In this document: positions 7,699-17,444 of the stretch, one piece after another
How positions within the stretch are numbered: position 1 is the first letter of the stretch
How the letters are laid out: every line of letters starts with the position of its first letter
Source: Alphaproteobacteria bacterium
Lineage (GTDB): Bacteria; Pseudomonadota; Alphaproteobacteria; CAAHEQ01; UBA3637
Reading direction: 5' to 3'
Assembly (NCBI GenBank): GCA_045118155.1
Contig: JBGUXS010000078.1
Span: 443 to 64,442, forward strand
Length of the DNA stretch: 64,000 nt
Position numbers and translations under genes: made by a program
The notes under the pieces: generated by a model
The model's input: only the letters and a program-made list of their open reading frames with translations
Told to the model about the DNA's origin: nothing
The model's database searches: none

Positions 7699-9510
7699 TT
7701 AGTCCCGTGTTACTTCGGGAAGGGTAAAATTATTTTCATCAAAAACACAGTATGTTTCAACCCGGGCGCTTAACGTATTGTCCCCCAAAGTTCCCCCTGT
7801 AAAATTCGTGGAACCCGCCCCCGTAACATAGCCAACTTCTATCCCCCATACTCTGGCAATATCCGCTTCGGTTTCTGCCTTTGCTTTATGAACATTATTA
7901 ACAGCCACAGCCACCGTATAGCGCGACACATTTGCATTTGTGACATTTGTGGTAGATCCATTTGTTACACCTTCAAAACTGTTCAAAACGTCCTTTCCGG
8001 TTGTTCGGATCGGGGTAACCACCAAAGCGGCCTTATATCCGGCCGGGCATGCTGGCGTTGTCACATTTGCCCGCAAGCAATTGTTCGTATATCCACTACA
8101 GTTCCCTAAATTAGCTTCTGTCGTTAATTCGGTAATAGATTTTGAAACATAATTCGGCAAGATATCACTTAATCTCGCCCCACCACGAGAAGCCAACTTA
8201 ACATCATTCATCACAGACGTATAAGCTGGATCTACCTGATAATGATCATACGTTTCTGATTCATTAGCAGCTTGAGCATCCACAAATTCAACGGATGAAT
8301 CAATACCTTTTGCAGACACGACTGCATTTTCTACTAACTGACCATCTGCATCATAAGCATTCAGCGTAACTTTCCCCTTGGAAGATCCATCTGTGGCTTC
8401 TTCAGCTTCGGCCTTTAAGACATCACGTCCGGCACTATCTCTGGTAATAATCTGCCCATTAGCATTGACAATAACCCGACGTTTGCCCGTGGCATCATAA
8501 ACGGTCACTGCCCGCTTGTCATTATCCACAGGATCAGTGGAAATAACGGCCGTTGAAACAAAGGCTTGAATTGTTTCCCCATCGTTCACGGGATCATCCA
8601 TAGAAACCGCTTGACGTCCTACATGCAAATCATTGCGGACATAAACATTCCCCGGGGTTCCTGCCAATCCTTCATCCGTTCCGTTTTCAAGATGTTCTGC
8701 CCCTACCCAAAATAAGGGGGCACATTCTTCCCCTGCATCCAAAATTGTATAACCGGTTGCATCTTTTCTAAAGCAATTCGTATTTCCTTCGCCAATAGAA
8801 AAATAGCTCCAAGCATGCAAGTTTTTGAAAGCGGCTTCATCTTCTAAAGAAGAAAAGAGTGCCCCTTCATCAAATCCAGTAAATGCAACATAAGACGGGC
8901 TTACCACAGGTTCCATCATCAAAGATGCCCCTTCTAATTCCCAAGTTCCCATGGTGCCTACAAAATTATCCCCTTGGACGATACCCCCATCAGCCCCAAT
9001 CAAGGCAGCGATACTAGCCGCCCGCTTTAAATTCCATGTTCCTTGCGGCAGTGCCGATGCTTTAGGTAAGATAACTCCATAAAAAGAGGTCCCAACTTTT
9101 GCCCCTTCCGTATTTTCTAAATTTTTCCCAAAAAGGTAAAAATTGTATTTTTCAGCCGTACTTGATGTCAAAACATCCCCTGTGTACGTGTTATAGGTCA
9201 CTGGTAAGTATGTTGCCACATTTTTCCACAACGTGTTATATGAACAATTGGAAGTTTCTGTTCCAGACAATGCACAAACCCCACCACCGGCTGTGGCTAA
9301 TTCTTCAAGTTGCCTATGTTGCGTTTGGATAAAAGAGGAAAAAGCTTCCTTCATCGTACGCATTTCGGTCGCTACATTAACATTGGCTAGTTCCCGATTA
9401 CGTTGTGCCACTTGCCTATACAAAACAGGTCCCAACACCGCCAAGATCCCTAAGACGGCAATAGCTTCTATCATAATAGACCCAGATTGGGTTTTTACAG
9501 CTTTTTTCAT
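7699..9510 (-). CDS. Large (603 aa) protein with a prepilin/TadE-like class III signal N-terminus
   Basis: The N-terminus MKKAVKTQSG|SIMIEAIAVLGILAVLGPVLY has Gly at -1, Glu at +5 and a hydrophobic helix. The remainder is T/N/G/A/V-rich with Cys pairs near the C-terminus. A consensus promoter lies upstream. Confidence 0.7.
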   Translation of the reverse strand: MKKAVKTQSGSIMIEAIAVLGILAVLGPVLYRQVAQRNRELANVNVATEMRTMKEAFSSFIQTQHRQLEELATAGGGVCALSGTETSNCSYNTLWKNVATYLPVTYNTYTGDVLTSSTAEKYNFYLFGKNLENTEGAKVGTSFYGVILPKASALPQGTWNLKRAASIAALIGADGGIVQGDNFVGTMGTWELEGASLMMEPVVSPSYVAFTGFDEGALFSSLEDEAAFKNLHAWSYFSIGEGNTNCFRKDATGYTILDAGEECAPLFWVGAEHLENGTDEGLAGTPGNVYVRNDLHVGRQAVSMDDPVNDGETIQAFVSTAVISTDPVDNDKRAVTVYDATGKRRVIVNANGQIITRDSAGRDVLKAEAEEATDGSSKGKVTLNAYDADGQLVENAVVSAKGIDSSVEFVDAQAANESETYDHYQVDPAYTSVMNDVKLASRGGARLSDILPNYVSKSITELTTEANLGNCSGYTNNCLRANVTTPACPAGYKAALVVTPIRTTGKDVLNSFEGVTNGSTTNVTNANVSRYTVAVAVNNVHKAKAETEADIARVWGIEVGYVTGAGSTNFTGGTLGDNTLSARVETYCVFDENNFTLPEVTRD

Positions 9511-9536
9511 GTGGCATTACCCCCTAATTTTTTCCT

Positions 9537-9565
9537 ATTATACACCTTTTTTTATTAAAAGTCAA
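9537..9565 (-). promoter_or_regulatory. Consensus sigma70 promoter (TTGACT-17-TATAAT) for the pilin-like gene
   Basis: The minus strand reads CTTGACTTTTAATAAAAAAAGGTGTATAAT, 26 nt upstream of the ATG at 9510. Confidence 0.7.
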
Positions 9566-9662
9566 GTATTTTTAAAAAATCCCCCCTCAATTCTCATTCA
9601 ATCACTTTCTGCTTGAGTTTTTTTAGAAAAGAACTATCCTTCAGGACAGGAAGAGGTGCTTT

Positions 9663-10118
9663 ATGTCATATATTACACGAACGCTTGGGGAAGACGAAAA
9701 AGTTCAAGTTGTCGCTAAATTACATTGGATTTGCTATGTTTATCCGACCCTACTTCTTTGCTTATGTTTATTCTGTGGTTTACTGGGATTAGGGGCTAAT
9801 CCTGTTTTCTTACTAATCAGCTTTCTGATTGGGCTTTTGGCTTTTTACCATTTTTTAAATTTAAACGCCATAGAAATGGTTGTCACCAACAGACGGGTTG
9901 TCTGTCGCAAGGGTATTATTGGGATTAAAACTTGGGAACTAAAAAACAATAAGGTAGAATCCATAGAAGTCAAGCAATCTCTAAAAGGGCGTATTCTAGG
10001 TTATGCAACCTTATGGTTTTCTGGCACAGGCACTTCCAAGGTGTGCTTTCAAAACATTAAAAATCCTTGGTCCCTAAAGAAAAAAATAGATTTGATCATT
10101 GGGAAAGACGAAGATTGA
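9663..10118 (+). CDS. Bacterial PH-domain (bPH_2 / YdbT-like, DUF304) membrane protein
   Basis: YITRTLGEDEKV, two TM helices, then VVTNRRVVCRKGIIGIKTWEL and IEVKQSLKGRILGYATL. Confidence 0.75.
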   Translation: MSYITRTLGEDEKVQVVAKLHWICYVYPTLLLCLCLFCGLLGLGANPVFLLISFLIGLLAFYHFLNLNAIEMVVTNRRVVCRKGIIGIKTWELKNNKVESIEVKQSLKGRILGYATLWFSGTGTSKVCFQNIKNPWSLKKKIDLIIGKDED

Positions 10119-10149
10119 AAAATGGGCTTGAAAACCAAGCCCATTTTTT
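10117..10149. terminator. Bidirectional Rho-independent terminator between the PH-domain gene and rpsI
   Basis: GAAAAATGGGCTTG-AAAAC-CAAGCCCATTTTTTG: a 9-bp GC-rich stem flanked by an A-tract and a T-tract. Confidence 0.8.
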
Positions 10150-10163
10150 GATAACCCCAATTT

Positions 10164-10652
10164 TTAACGTTTGGAGAATTGGAACCGTTTTCTGGCCTTG
10201 GAGAACCCAGGCTTTTTCCGTTCCACCACCCGAGAATCCCGTGTTAAGAAACCGGCCCGTTTTAATAAGGTATGAAGTTCTGGTTCAAATAAATCCAAGC
10301 ATTTACTGATCCCATGACGCAAAGCATAAGCTTGCCCAGACAAACCACCACCACAAACGGTACATTGGACATCAAATTCACCAGCCCGGTTCGTAACCAT
10401 AAATGGTTGATTGATAATCATTTGCAACACTGGGCGTGGGAAATATTCAGCCATTTTCCGATCATTAACCGTGATAGTTCCTTTCCCCGGTTTAATTATC
10501 ACGCGGGCAATAGCATTTTTCTTTTTACCCGTGGCCTGAGAACGTCCCAAAGCGTCTTTCTTAGGTTGTCTTTTCGGTGCTTGTTCAGCCGCCGCCGGTG
10601 CTTCTGTCACCGTCTTTAAATCTTGCATTGATGTTACTGTTTCTTTTGTCAT
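10164..10652 (-). CDS. rpsI: 30S ribosomal protein S9
   Basis: [16 protein letters not shown] and a C-terminal [11 protein letters not shown], with an N-terminal extension typical of alphaproteobacteria. Confidence 0.95.
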   Translation of the reverse strand: MTKETVTSMQDLKTVTEAPAAAEQAPKRQPKKDALGRSQATGKKKNAIARVIIKPGKGTITVNDRKMAEYFPRPVLQMIINQPFMVTNRAGEFDVQCTVCGGGLSGQAYALRHGISKCLDLFEPELHTLLKRAGFLTRDSRVVERKKPGFSKARKRFQFSKR

Positions 10653-11128
10653 TAAGCACCTCTTTTATTCTTCGGATTTTTAGAAGCAATATCCAACGGG
10701 GTCGGATTTTGCGCCTGATGCGTATGTTCTGCCCCAGCAAAAACACGTAATTTCGTCATTTGTTTTGCCCCTAATGGGTTCCGAGAAATCATGCGTTTTA
10801 CCGCCCGAAATAAAACCTCTTCAGGATGCTTTTCAAACATTTCTTTGATGGTTGTTTCTTTCAATCCACCCAAGTATCCTGAATAGTTATAATACATTTT
10901 TTCTGCCATTTTTTTGCCGGTCAATTTGACCTTAGCCGCATTAATGACCACCACATAGTCCCCGCAATCCTGACTAGGGGTATAACATGGTTTATTCTTC
11001 CCCCGTAAAATTGTGGCAATCTGACTGGCCAAACGCCCTAACACAACACCGTCGGCATCCACCAAATACCATTTGACATCACAATCCGCCGGTTTAAGGG
11101 TTTTCGTTGTTTTTGTTAATGTTGTCAT
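10652..11128 (-). CDS. rplM: 50S ribosomal protein L13
   Basis: [26 protein letters not shown] and [12 protein letters not shown]. Confidence 0.95.
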   Translation of the reverse strand: MTTLTKTTKTLKPADCDVKWYLVDADGVVLGRLASQIATILRGKNKPCYTPSQDCGDYVVVINAAKVKLTGKKMAEKMYYNYSGYLGGLKETTIKEMFEKHPEEVLFRAVKRMISRNPLGAKQMTKLRVFAGAEHTHQAQNPTPLDIASKNPKNKRGA

Positions 11129-11157
11129 TTGTCATCCTTTTTAAATAATACGTTTTT

Positions 11158-11185
11158 ATTTTAACGTATTTTTTACGAAAGTCAA
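11158..11185 (-). promoter_or_regulatory. sigma70 promoter for rplM-rpsI (TTGACT-16-TAAAAT)
   Basis: The minus strand reads CTTGACTTTCGTAAAAAATACGTTAAAAT. An 8-bp inverted repeat AATACGTT/AACGTATT (11147-11170) straddles the -10. Confidence 0.6.
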
Positions 11186-11203
11186 GTATTTTTTATGTTT
11201 TTT

Positions 11204-11227
11204 GGTGCGGTAATATTATACCGCACC
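11204..11227. other. Perfect 9-bp stem hairpin (GGTGCGGTA-N6-TACCGCACC) just 3' of pnp
   Basis: Inverted repeat seen directly in the sequence. T-runs precede and A-runs follow on both strands, so it is not a canonical intrinsic terminator. It may be an mRNA 3' stabiliser or processing hairpin. Confidence 0.5.
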
Positions 11228-11235
11228 AAAAATAC

Positions 11236-13428
11236 TTAATCTTCTTTATTTTCTAGCTTTTGTTCTTCAGTTTTTTCGGATTTATGCTCTTTTTCAGGTT
11301 TTTCTGCCTTTTCCGGCACAGGAATTTCTTCCCCTGTTTCCTGATTAACACACTTCATACTCAAACGAATTTTGCCTTTTTCAAGCCCCATGAATTTGAC
11401 CTTAACACGATCACCTTCTTTTAGAACATCAGTAACTTGTTTTACACGATGTTGGGCAATTTCAGAAATATGTACCAATCCGTCTTGCTTGCCACAGAAG
11501 TTCACAAAAGCCCCAAAATCCATGATTTTCACAACGGTTCCATCATAAATTTGACCAATTTCAGGTTCTGCCACAATATTTTTAATCATGGCTAAAGCTT
11601 TCTGGGCAGATTCTTCAGATAAAGAAGCAATTTGAATCACCCCATTATCATCAATATCAATTTTAGCCCCAGATTGTTCCACAATATCCCGAATCGTTTT
11701 ACCCCCAGATCCAATCACATCTTTAATTTTATCTTTGGCAATTTGGATTAAGGTAAGGCGTGGAGCATGAGCGCTAATTTCTGTCCGAGGTCCCTGCAAT
11801 GTTTCAGCAATTTTTCCCAAGATGAATAACCGCCCTTCTTTAGCTTGTTTTAAGGCTTTTTCCATAATTTCACGTGTAATGGATGTAATTTTAATATCCA
11901 TTTGCAAAGCGGTTACCCCATCGGCAGTTCCAGCCACTTTAAAATCCATATCCCCTAGGTGATCTTCATCCCCCATAATATCGGATAGGATAACAAAGTT
12001 ATCGGCTTCTTTCACAAGCCCCATTGCAATCCCCGCGACTGGCTTTTTCAAAGGGACCCCAGCATCCATTAATGCCAATGTTCCCCCACAAACCGTCGCC
12101 ATAGAAGAAGAACCGTTAGATTCCATAATATCTGAAACTACCCGAATGGAATAAGGGAATTCTTCCTTACTAGGCAACATCGGGTGCAATGCCCGCCAAG
12201 CCAATTTTCCGTGACCGATTTCACGACGTCCCGGACTACCAAGGCGACCAACTTCCCCCACAGAATACGGTGGAAAGTTATAGTGGAGTAAGAAACTTTC
12301 CTTATATTCCCCAGATAGGCAATCCACCACTTGTTCATCATCCGCAGTCCCCAACGTTGCTGTCACTAACGCTTGAGTTTCCCCACGCGTGAATAAAGCC
12401 GATCCATGCGCCCGACTTAACAATCCAACTTCGCTTTCAATCGGCCGAATAGTTTTTGTATCCCGCCCATCAATACGAATCCCCGTGTTTAAAACCGCTT
12501 CCCGCATAACTTTGGATTCCAAAGAATGGAAAATTTGATCACACATGTAAGGTTCCACATCTGGATTGTCGGCAAATAAACCTTGAGCCTTTTCCCGTAA
12601 TTCCGCAAGTTTATCAAGTCTAACCAATTTTTCGTGAATTTGGTAAGCCGCGGCAATATCTGCCCGCAATTCTTTTTCCAATGTTTGTTCCACTAAATCA
12701 AAAGAAGCTGGCTTTTCTGGAACTTCCCAAGCATCTTTAGCACATTCTTCAGCAAGTTCAATAATCATTTTGATAACGGGCTTTAATTGTTCATGCCCAA
12801 AATAAACCGCTTGCAACATGACATCTTCTGGTAATTCTTGTGCTTCGGATTCAACCATTAACACCCCTTCAAGGGTTCCGGCTACAACCAAATCCAACGC
12901 GGATTTTTCAAGATCTTTTGGACTAGGATTTAAGACATAATTTCCATCAATATACCCAACACGTGCCCCCGCGATAGGTCCTAAAAAAGGCAAGCCGGAT
13001 AACGTCAAGGCCGCGGATGACGCAATCATTGCCACAATATCAGCTTGCGTTTCTTTTTCAAAGTTAATTAATGTCGCGGTTACTTGTGTTTCGTTGTTAA
13101 AACCTTTTACAAACAAAGGCCGAATAGGCCGATCAATTAACCGTGATGTTAAAATTTCGTATTCACTAGGCTTTCCTTCCCGTTTGAAAAAGCCCCCAGG
13201 GAAACGCCCCGCCGCATATGTTTTTTCCTGATAATTCACCGTTAGCGGAATAAAATCTTCAAATTTTTCTGGTGGAACCTTACTGGCACATACGGCTGCA
13301 TGTACCATTGTTTCCCCGTATTTTACAATAACGGAACCATCTGCCTGACGTCCAATCTTACCTGTTTCAATACTTAAGGTTTTGTCTCCCCATTGAATTT
13401 CTTTACGATAAATTTTAAATAATGACAT
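11236..13428 (-). CDS. pnp: Polyribonucleotide nucleotidyltransferase (PNPase) with a K/E-rich C-terminal tail
   Basis: 730 aa with two RNase PH domains, KH and S1 ([20 protein letters not shown]), and the FPPYSVGE motif. Confidence 0.97.
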   Translation of the reverse strand: MSLFKIYRKEIQWGDKTLSIETGKIGRQADGSVIVKYGETMVHAAVCASKVPPEKFEDFIPLTVNYQEKTYAAGRFPGGFFKREGKPSEYEILTSRLIDRPIRPLFVKGFNNETQVTATLINFEKETQADIVAMIASSAALTLSGLPFLGPIAGARVGYIDGNYVLNPSPKDLEKSALDLVVAGTLEGVLMVESEAQELPEDVMLQAVYFGHEQLKPVIKMIIELAEECAKDAWEVPEKPASFDLVEQTLEKELRADIAAAYQIHEKLVRLDKLAELREKAQGLFADNPDVEPYMCDQIFHSLESKVMREAVLNTGIRIDGRDTKTIRPIESEVGLLSRAHGSALFTRGETQALVTATLGTADDEQVVDCLSGEYKESFLLHYNFPPYSVGEVGRLGSPGRREIGHGKLAWRALHPMLPSKEEFPYSIRVVSDIMESNGSSSMATVCGGTLALMDAGVPLKKPVAGIAMGLVKEADNFVILSDIMGDEDHLGDMDFKVAGTADGVTALQMDIKITSITREIMEKALKQAKEGRLFILGKIAETLQGPRTEISAHAPRLTLIQIAKDKIKDVIGSGGKTIRDIVEQSGAKIDIDDNGVIQIASLSEESAQKALAMIKNIVAEPEIGQIYDGTVVKIMDFGAFVNFCGKQDGLVHISEIAQHRVKQVTDVLKEGDRVKVKFMGLEKGKIRLSMKCVNQETGEEIPVPEKAEKPEKEHKSEKTEEQKLENKED

Positions 13429-13445
13429 ATTTTCTCTTTCCTTCC

Positions 13446-13478
13446 AATAAAAAGGGCCTTTACCCTTGCAAAGGCCCT
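13446..13478 (-). terminator. rpsO terminator/attenuator hairpin upstream of pnp
   Basis: The minus strand reads AGGGCCUUU-GCAAGGGU-AAAGGCCCU-UUUUAUU, directly after the rpsO stop. Confidence 0.8.
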
Positions 13479-13485
13479 GACAAAC

Positions 13486-13755
13486 TTACTTGCGCAAACC
13501 TAAGCGCCGTAAAATATCTTCATACCTCTTCACTTCTTTCTTTTTCAGGTATGTAAGCAGTGACCGTCGTTCTGCCACCATTTTCAACAATCCACGCCGT
13601 GAATGGAAATCCTTAGCATGTGTTTTCATGTGTTCTGATAAGTCCTTAATCCGTTCGGTTAAAATAGCAATTTGAACCTCTGGTGAACCGGTATCAGTTG
13701 GTGACAAAGCAAATTCTTTGATCAACTGTTGTTTTTTTTCTTTACTTAACGACAT
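13486..13755 (-). CDS. rpsO: 30S ribosomal protein S15
   Basis: [20 protein letters not shown]-like [18 protein letters not shown]. Confidence 0.95.
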   Translation of the reverse strand: MSLSKEKKQQLIKEFALSPTDTGSPEVQIAILTERIKDLSEHMKTHAKDFHSRRGLLKMVAERRSLLTYLKKKEVKRYEDILRRLGLRK

Positions 13756-14668
13756 CCTCTATCCTTTCTATTTGTTCAATTAACATTCGTTTTGGCTTCA
13801 AGATGTATCCATCCCAAAAGGCCAACACCACACTTTGATTCTGCCAAGTCACAAGAACCATTCCCTTTTTTTCTGGGAGAAGTCCCTGCTTTACACGCAA
13901 TGCCTGTCCTTGGCACAACCGCCTTGCTTCTTCTTCCGAAACGGCCAGAACCAAGATGTCGTCCAGTACGGTCGCAATCGGTTTCAATAACAAGACTCTG
14001 GCATTATACTCTAGTTTTTCAATAAAATCAAGTGAAATCTCTTCCTTTGCCGTAAAGCACCCACAAGAGGTCCGACATAATTTTGAAATTGTGCCACAAC
14101 TCCCTAAGGCCAAGGCCAAATCTCGTCCCAAAGAACGAACATATGTCCCTTTGGAACAACGTACAGAAAAACTAGCTTCATGCCCCGCTTTTTTTAATAA
14201 TTTCAATTCATAAATCTGAATTTCCCTAGAGGCCAATTCAACCTTTTCCCCATTGCGGGCCAAAGCATAGGCCCGCTTTCCCCCTACTTTAAGGGCACTA
14301 TATACGGGGGGAACTTGACGAATTTTCCCTAAAAACTTGGGTAAAATTGCCCTAATTTCCTTTGCCGTTGGAATATAGGTACTTTGGGAAATAACTTCCC
14401 CTTCCAAATCATCGGTAGTGGTCTGTACCCCAAAACGAATGGTAAAATCATAGGCTTTTTCCCCATCCATCACATAAGGAATTAATTTTGTTGCTTTTCC
14501 AAATGCAATCGGCAGCACCCCTGTTGCCAGTGGGTCCAAAGTCCCTGTATGCCCTATTTTAGCAGGATGATAAAGGCGTTTCAAACGCCCAACCACCTGT
14601 GCAGACGTCAAACCCGCTGGTTTATCAATAACCAACCATCCAGATAAAAAATTAATTTCCTTAGGCAT
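13742..14668 (-). CDS. truB: tRNA pseudouridine(55) synthase
   Basis: [35 protein letters not shown] and a PUA-like C-terminus. Confidence 0.93.
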   Translation of the reverse strand: MPKEINFLSGWLVIDKPAGLTSAQVVGRLKRLYHPAKIGHTGTLDPLATGVLPIAFGKATKLIPYVMDGEKAYDFTIRFGVQTTTDDLEGEVISQSTYIPTAKEIRAILPKFLGKIRQVPPVYSALKVGGKRAYALARNGEKVELASREIQIYELKLLKKAGHEASFSVRCSKGTYVRSLGRDLALALGSCGTISKLCRTSCGCFTAKEEISLDFIEKLEYNARVLLLKPIATVLDDILVLAVSEEEARRLCQGQALRVKQGLLPEKKGMVLVTWQNQSVVLAFWDGYILKPKRMLIEQIERIEDVVK

Positions 14669-15059
14669 GGGCCACCAATGAACGTACCCGTTCTACCATA
14701 GAAAAAAAACCATTCCGACGCGTGGGGGATAAATGATCTTCTAGACCTAAATCCTTAAAAATCCGTTCTATATCCAATTCCCGAATAAAAGCAGCTGTTT
14801 GCCCATTAATTAGGGAAAGTAAAATAGCCTCTAACCCCCGTACAATAAAGGCATCGCTATCGGCAACAAAAAAGAACTTATCCCCTTTTTGCTGAACAGT
14901 AATCCACACTTGTGATTGGCATCCTTGGACCTTATGGGCTTCTGTTTTATCTTCTTCTGGCATCGGGGGTAAACTCTGTCCTAATTCAATTAGGTATTGG
15001 TATTTTTCTTCCCAATCCGTAAATAAAGAAAAATTATCAATTAATTCCTGTTCTGTCAT
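14661..15059 (-). CDS. sufE: SufE-like cysteine desulfuration protein
   Basis: WEEKYQYLIELG and VQGCQSQVWI, the conserved Cys motif of SufE/CsdE. Confidence 0.85.
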   Translation of the reverse strand: MTEQELIDNFSLFTDWEEKYQYLIELGQSLPPMPEEDKTEAHKVQGCQSQVWITVQQKGDKFFFVADSDAFIVRGLEAILLSLINGQTAAFIRELDIERIFKDLGLEDHLSPTRRNGFFSMVERVRSLVAHA

Positions 15060-16462
15060 TCAATGTTTTTTAATCCTTCTAGTGTTAATTTTACCTTTAT
15101 TATATCAACACTGCGATTTTTTTCATCAAAAATACGCTTATCCTCTTGTAAAAAAGGACGTAAGTCTTTTAATAATCCAGCATCTTCAGTAGCTTGACAC
15201 GCTGAATTTTGTAAAAATTCTTTTTCTTGAGGGGTTGTTTGAACCGCCACATTTTGTAAATAGGTTTGCATCAAAGTACATTGTTCTTCATCAATCGGTT
15301 TGGCTGGGGGAGAAATAGCATCAAAATTCCGAATAAGAAATTCAATATCTCCAACGGGTTTTTCCTTTTCAATCTGTCCTGTAAAATGCACATCTATAAC
15401 CGCTTGTACACTTTCCAAACTTCCTTTAACATCCAAATCAGCCCCTTTTAGCAGCCCCCAAGAAAAATCTTTAGAAAGCAATTGTTCTACTAATATTTCA
15501 CGATCAAACTTTTTGGCTTTGATAACTAATTTTCCCTTTTCTGGGATAAACCCTTTGGTCGGGACATTCCCTATACACGCGAATGTTAGGTTAATTTCAG
15601 CTTCCTCCCCCTTAAATTCTACTTGCCCTTCTACCTGCGTTAAAATAATCTTTCTGGGGTAAACGGGAAATACTAAATCCGCCTGTGGTATTTCAAATTC
15701 AATTTTTCCTGTATCCGCCAATAACCATGCATTATGTAAAATAGGGGCTAATCCCTGAAACCGTGCTTTTTCCGTTAAAGAAGCCACCGTCCCTTGCACT
15801 TCTTTCCCCGTAAATGTCAACCCCAAAAGGGAGGCTTTTTGTTCAATAACGGGAACATGCCCCAAAAAAGAAAACATATATTTGCCGTTTGCTTCATCCA
15901 CTTTCAATTGCCATTCGGGGCGCGTCAGGTGTACATGGCTAGCACTCCACCGATCTTCGGCAATCAAATCCCAATACGGGTGCCATTTAAATTCATTTTG
16001 CCACTTTTCAACATAGAAAAAATTGGGTTCAAATACCGCGGTTGCAAAACCTTCTAGTTGTTCTTTTGGGGGAAAGTGTCCCCGATATAACGTCGTCCCT
16101 TCTAATTGCCCATCTGGGGTCAATAATACCCCTTGTGTAGGGAAAGTCATTTCATCCGGTGTTTCTTTAAGTGGCATCCAAACGGTCAGAACTTTTTTCT
16201 TCAAGTCTAAATCATTCTTCACAGATGCTTCTGGCAATATTAAACTTGCTTGATCGGCTCGTTGTTGCAAAACAGCCCCCGAAATCCCCAATGCCTTTAA
16301 CTTCGCCCTTAGGGCCTTAGCCAAAGTATCATGATCCGGTCGTGTCAACACAGTGGATGGGGTTACGTAAGACATAGCATTAGGGAAAAAACGCGTTAAC
16401 ACCGCGCCTTGCAAAGCAACTGCCCCTACAAGAGCCAGACGTCCCAATAATTTTGCTAACAT
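15056..16462 (-). CDS. Hypothetical exported/periplasmic protein (468 aa)
   Basis: N-terminal signal/anchor MLAKLLGRLALVGAVALQGAV. No recognisable catalytic motif. ATGA overlap with sufE. Confidence 0.6.
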   Translation of the reverse strand: MLAKLLGRLALVGAVALQGAVLTRFFPNAMSYVTPSTVLTRPDHDTLAKALRAKLKALGISGAVLQQRADQASLILPEASVKNDLDLKKKVLTVWMPLKETPDEMTFPTQGVLLTPDGQLEGTTLYRGHFPPKEQLEGFATAVFEPNFFYVEKWQNEFKWHPYWDLIAEDRWSASHVHLTRPEWQLKVDEANGKYMFSFLGHVPVIEQKASLLGLTFTGKEVQGTVASLTEKARFQGLAPILHNAWLLADTGKIEFEIPQADLVFPVYPRKIILTQVEGQVEFKGEEAEINLTFACIGNVPTKGFIPEKGKLVIKAKKFDREILVEQLLSKDFSWGLLKGADLDVKGSLESVQAVIDVHFTGQIEKEKPVGDIEFLIRNFDAISPPAKPIDEEQCTLMQTYLQNVAVQTTPQEKEFLQNSACQATEDAGLLKDLRPFLQEDKRIFDEKNRSVDIIKVKLTLEGLKNIE

Positions 16463-16552
16463 ATTACAGTCTCCATCTTAAGCCTACAAGTATTTATGTA
16501 AAATCACAAGTTTTTTCTTTTATTTTTACATAAAGGGTATAAACTTTTCATC

Positions 16553-17224
16553 ATGACATGGGAACTAAAAGAATTTGATGTCGTACTTAGCACAAATGAA
16601 ACAGCTTGCGACTATCCACCGTTTACAGTTGTTATTGCAGGACGACAACTTAAAGGGCGTGGCCGAATGGGACGTGTTTGGCAAAGTCCATTGGGTAATT
16701 TATATGCCAGCTTCGTTTTCCCTAAAACGCAAACGCCTCCTGCTTTTTTATCATTTTTACTAGGGGTTTCTGTTGTTCAAACCTTGCACAAACCTGTTGC
16801 CTTAAAATGGCCAAATGATATTTTGCTCAATGGGAAAAAATGTGGGGGAATTTTATTAGAACAAGAAGACGATAAAATTATTGCTGGTTTAGGTTTAAAT
16901 CTTAGCTCTTGCCCTAAAAGCGGAGTTATGTATCCTGTGACACATCTAGGATATCGGGGAACCCCCGCTCTTTTTACAAAACGTCTATTAAAAAGCATTG
17001 AAAAAAATTATGAACTTTTAGAAACAAAGGGCTTTCCCTATCTTCGGGAAATATGGCTATCGCACGCTTATGGGCTAAAAGGTCCTGTCAAAGCTGTCTT
17101 GCCCAACAAAGAATTAACAGGCATTTTTTACGATTTAACCCCAAATGGGGAACTTGTTCTTATTACCCCAGATAACAAGAAACATCTTATTTCTTGTGGG
17201 GATATCTTTTTTAAGAAACCTTAA
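16553..17224 (+). CDS. birA: Biotin--[acetyl-CoA-carboxylase] ligase, group I (no HTH domain)
   Basis: GRQLKGRGRMGRVWQSPLGNLY and KWPNDILLNGKKCGGILLE. Confidence 0.88.
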   Translation: MTWELKEFDVVLSTNETACDYPPFTVVIAGRQLKGRGRMGRVWQSPLGNLYASFVFPKTQTPPAFLSFLLGVSVVQTLHKPVALKWPNDILLNGKKCGGILLEQEDDKIIAGLGLNLSSCPKSGVMYPVTHLGYRGTPALFTKRLLKSIEKNYELLETKGFPYLREIWLSHAYGLKGPVKAVLPNKELTGIFYDLTPNGELVLITPDNKKHLISCGDIFFKKP

Positions 17225-17303
17225 CTTATCACTTTTACGTTCGCATACGCTCACCGAACTCCCTCAACGTGAGTTCTCATCTTCTTTAATATTTACCTTG
17301 AAA

Positions 17304-17393
17304 TGGCGGATGGAGTGAGATTCGAACTCACGTTGGGCGTAAACCCAAACACACTTTCCAGGCGTGCGCCTTCAACCACTCGGCCATCCATCC
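17304..17393 (-). tRNA. tRNA-Ser (anticodon GGA), CCA encoded
   Basis: The minus strand reads GGATGGATGGCCGAGTGGTTGAAGGCGCACGCCTGGAAAGTGTG...long variable arm...GAGTTCGAATCTCACTCCATCCGCCA. It has a 7-bp acceptor stem, a T-loop GTTCGAATC and anticodon loop CTGGAAA. Confidence 0.93.
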
Positions 17394-17402
17394 ACATTGT
17401 TT

Positions 17403-17431
17403 ATTAAAGCATATTTTTACTCAAAAATCAA
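17403..17431 (-). promoter_or_regulatory. Candidate promoter for tRNA-Ser (TTGATT-17-TTTAAT)
   Basis: The minus strand reads CTTGATTTTTGAGTAAAAATATGCTTTAAT and ends about 9 nt upstream of the tRNA 5' end. Confidence 0.5.
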
Positions 17432-17444
17432 GAGATATATTTTC

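Noticed and set aside
11204-11227. The pnp-proximal hairpin as a canonical bidirectional terminator
   Set aside because: The U-tracts precede rather than follow the stem on both strands. I kept it only as a hairpin of unknown role.
17225-17444. tRNA-Ser as an integration hotspot or genomic-island border
   Set aside because: There is no integrase, no direct repeat of the tRNA 3' end and no compositional break visible. The flanking genes are birA and a chromosomal efflux operon.
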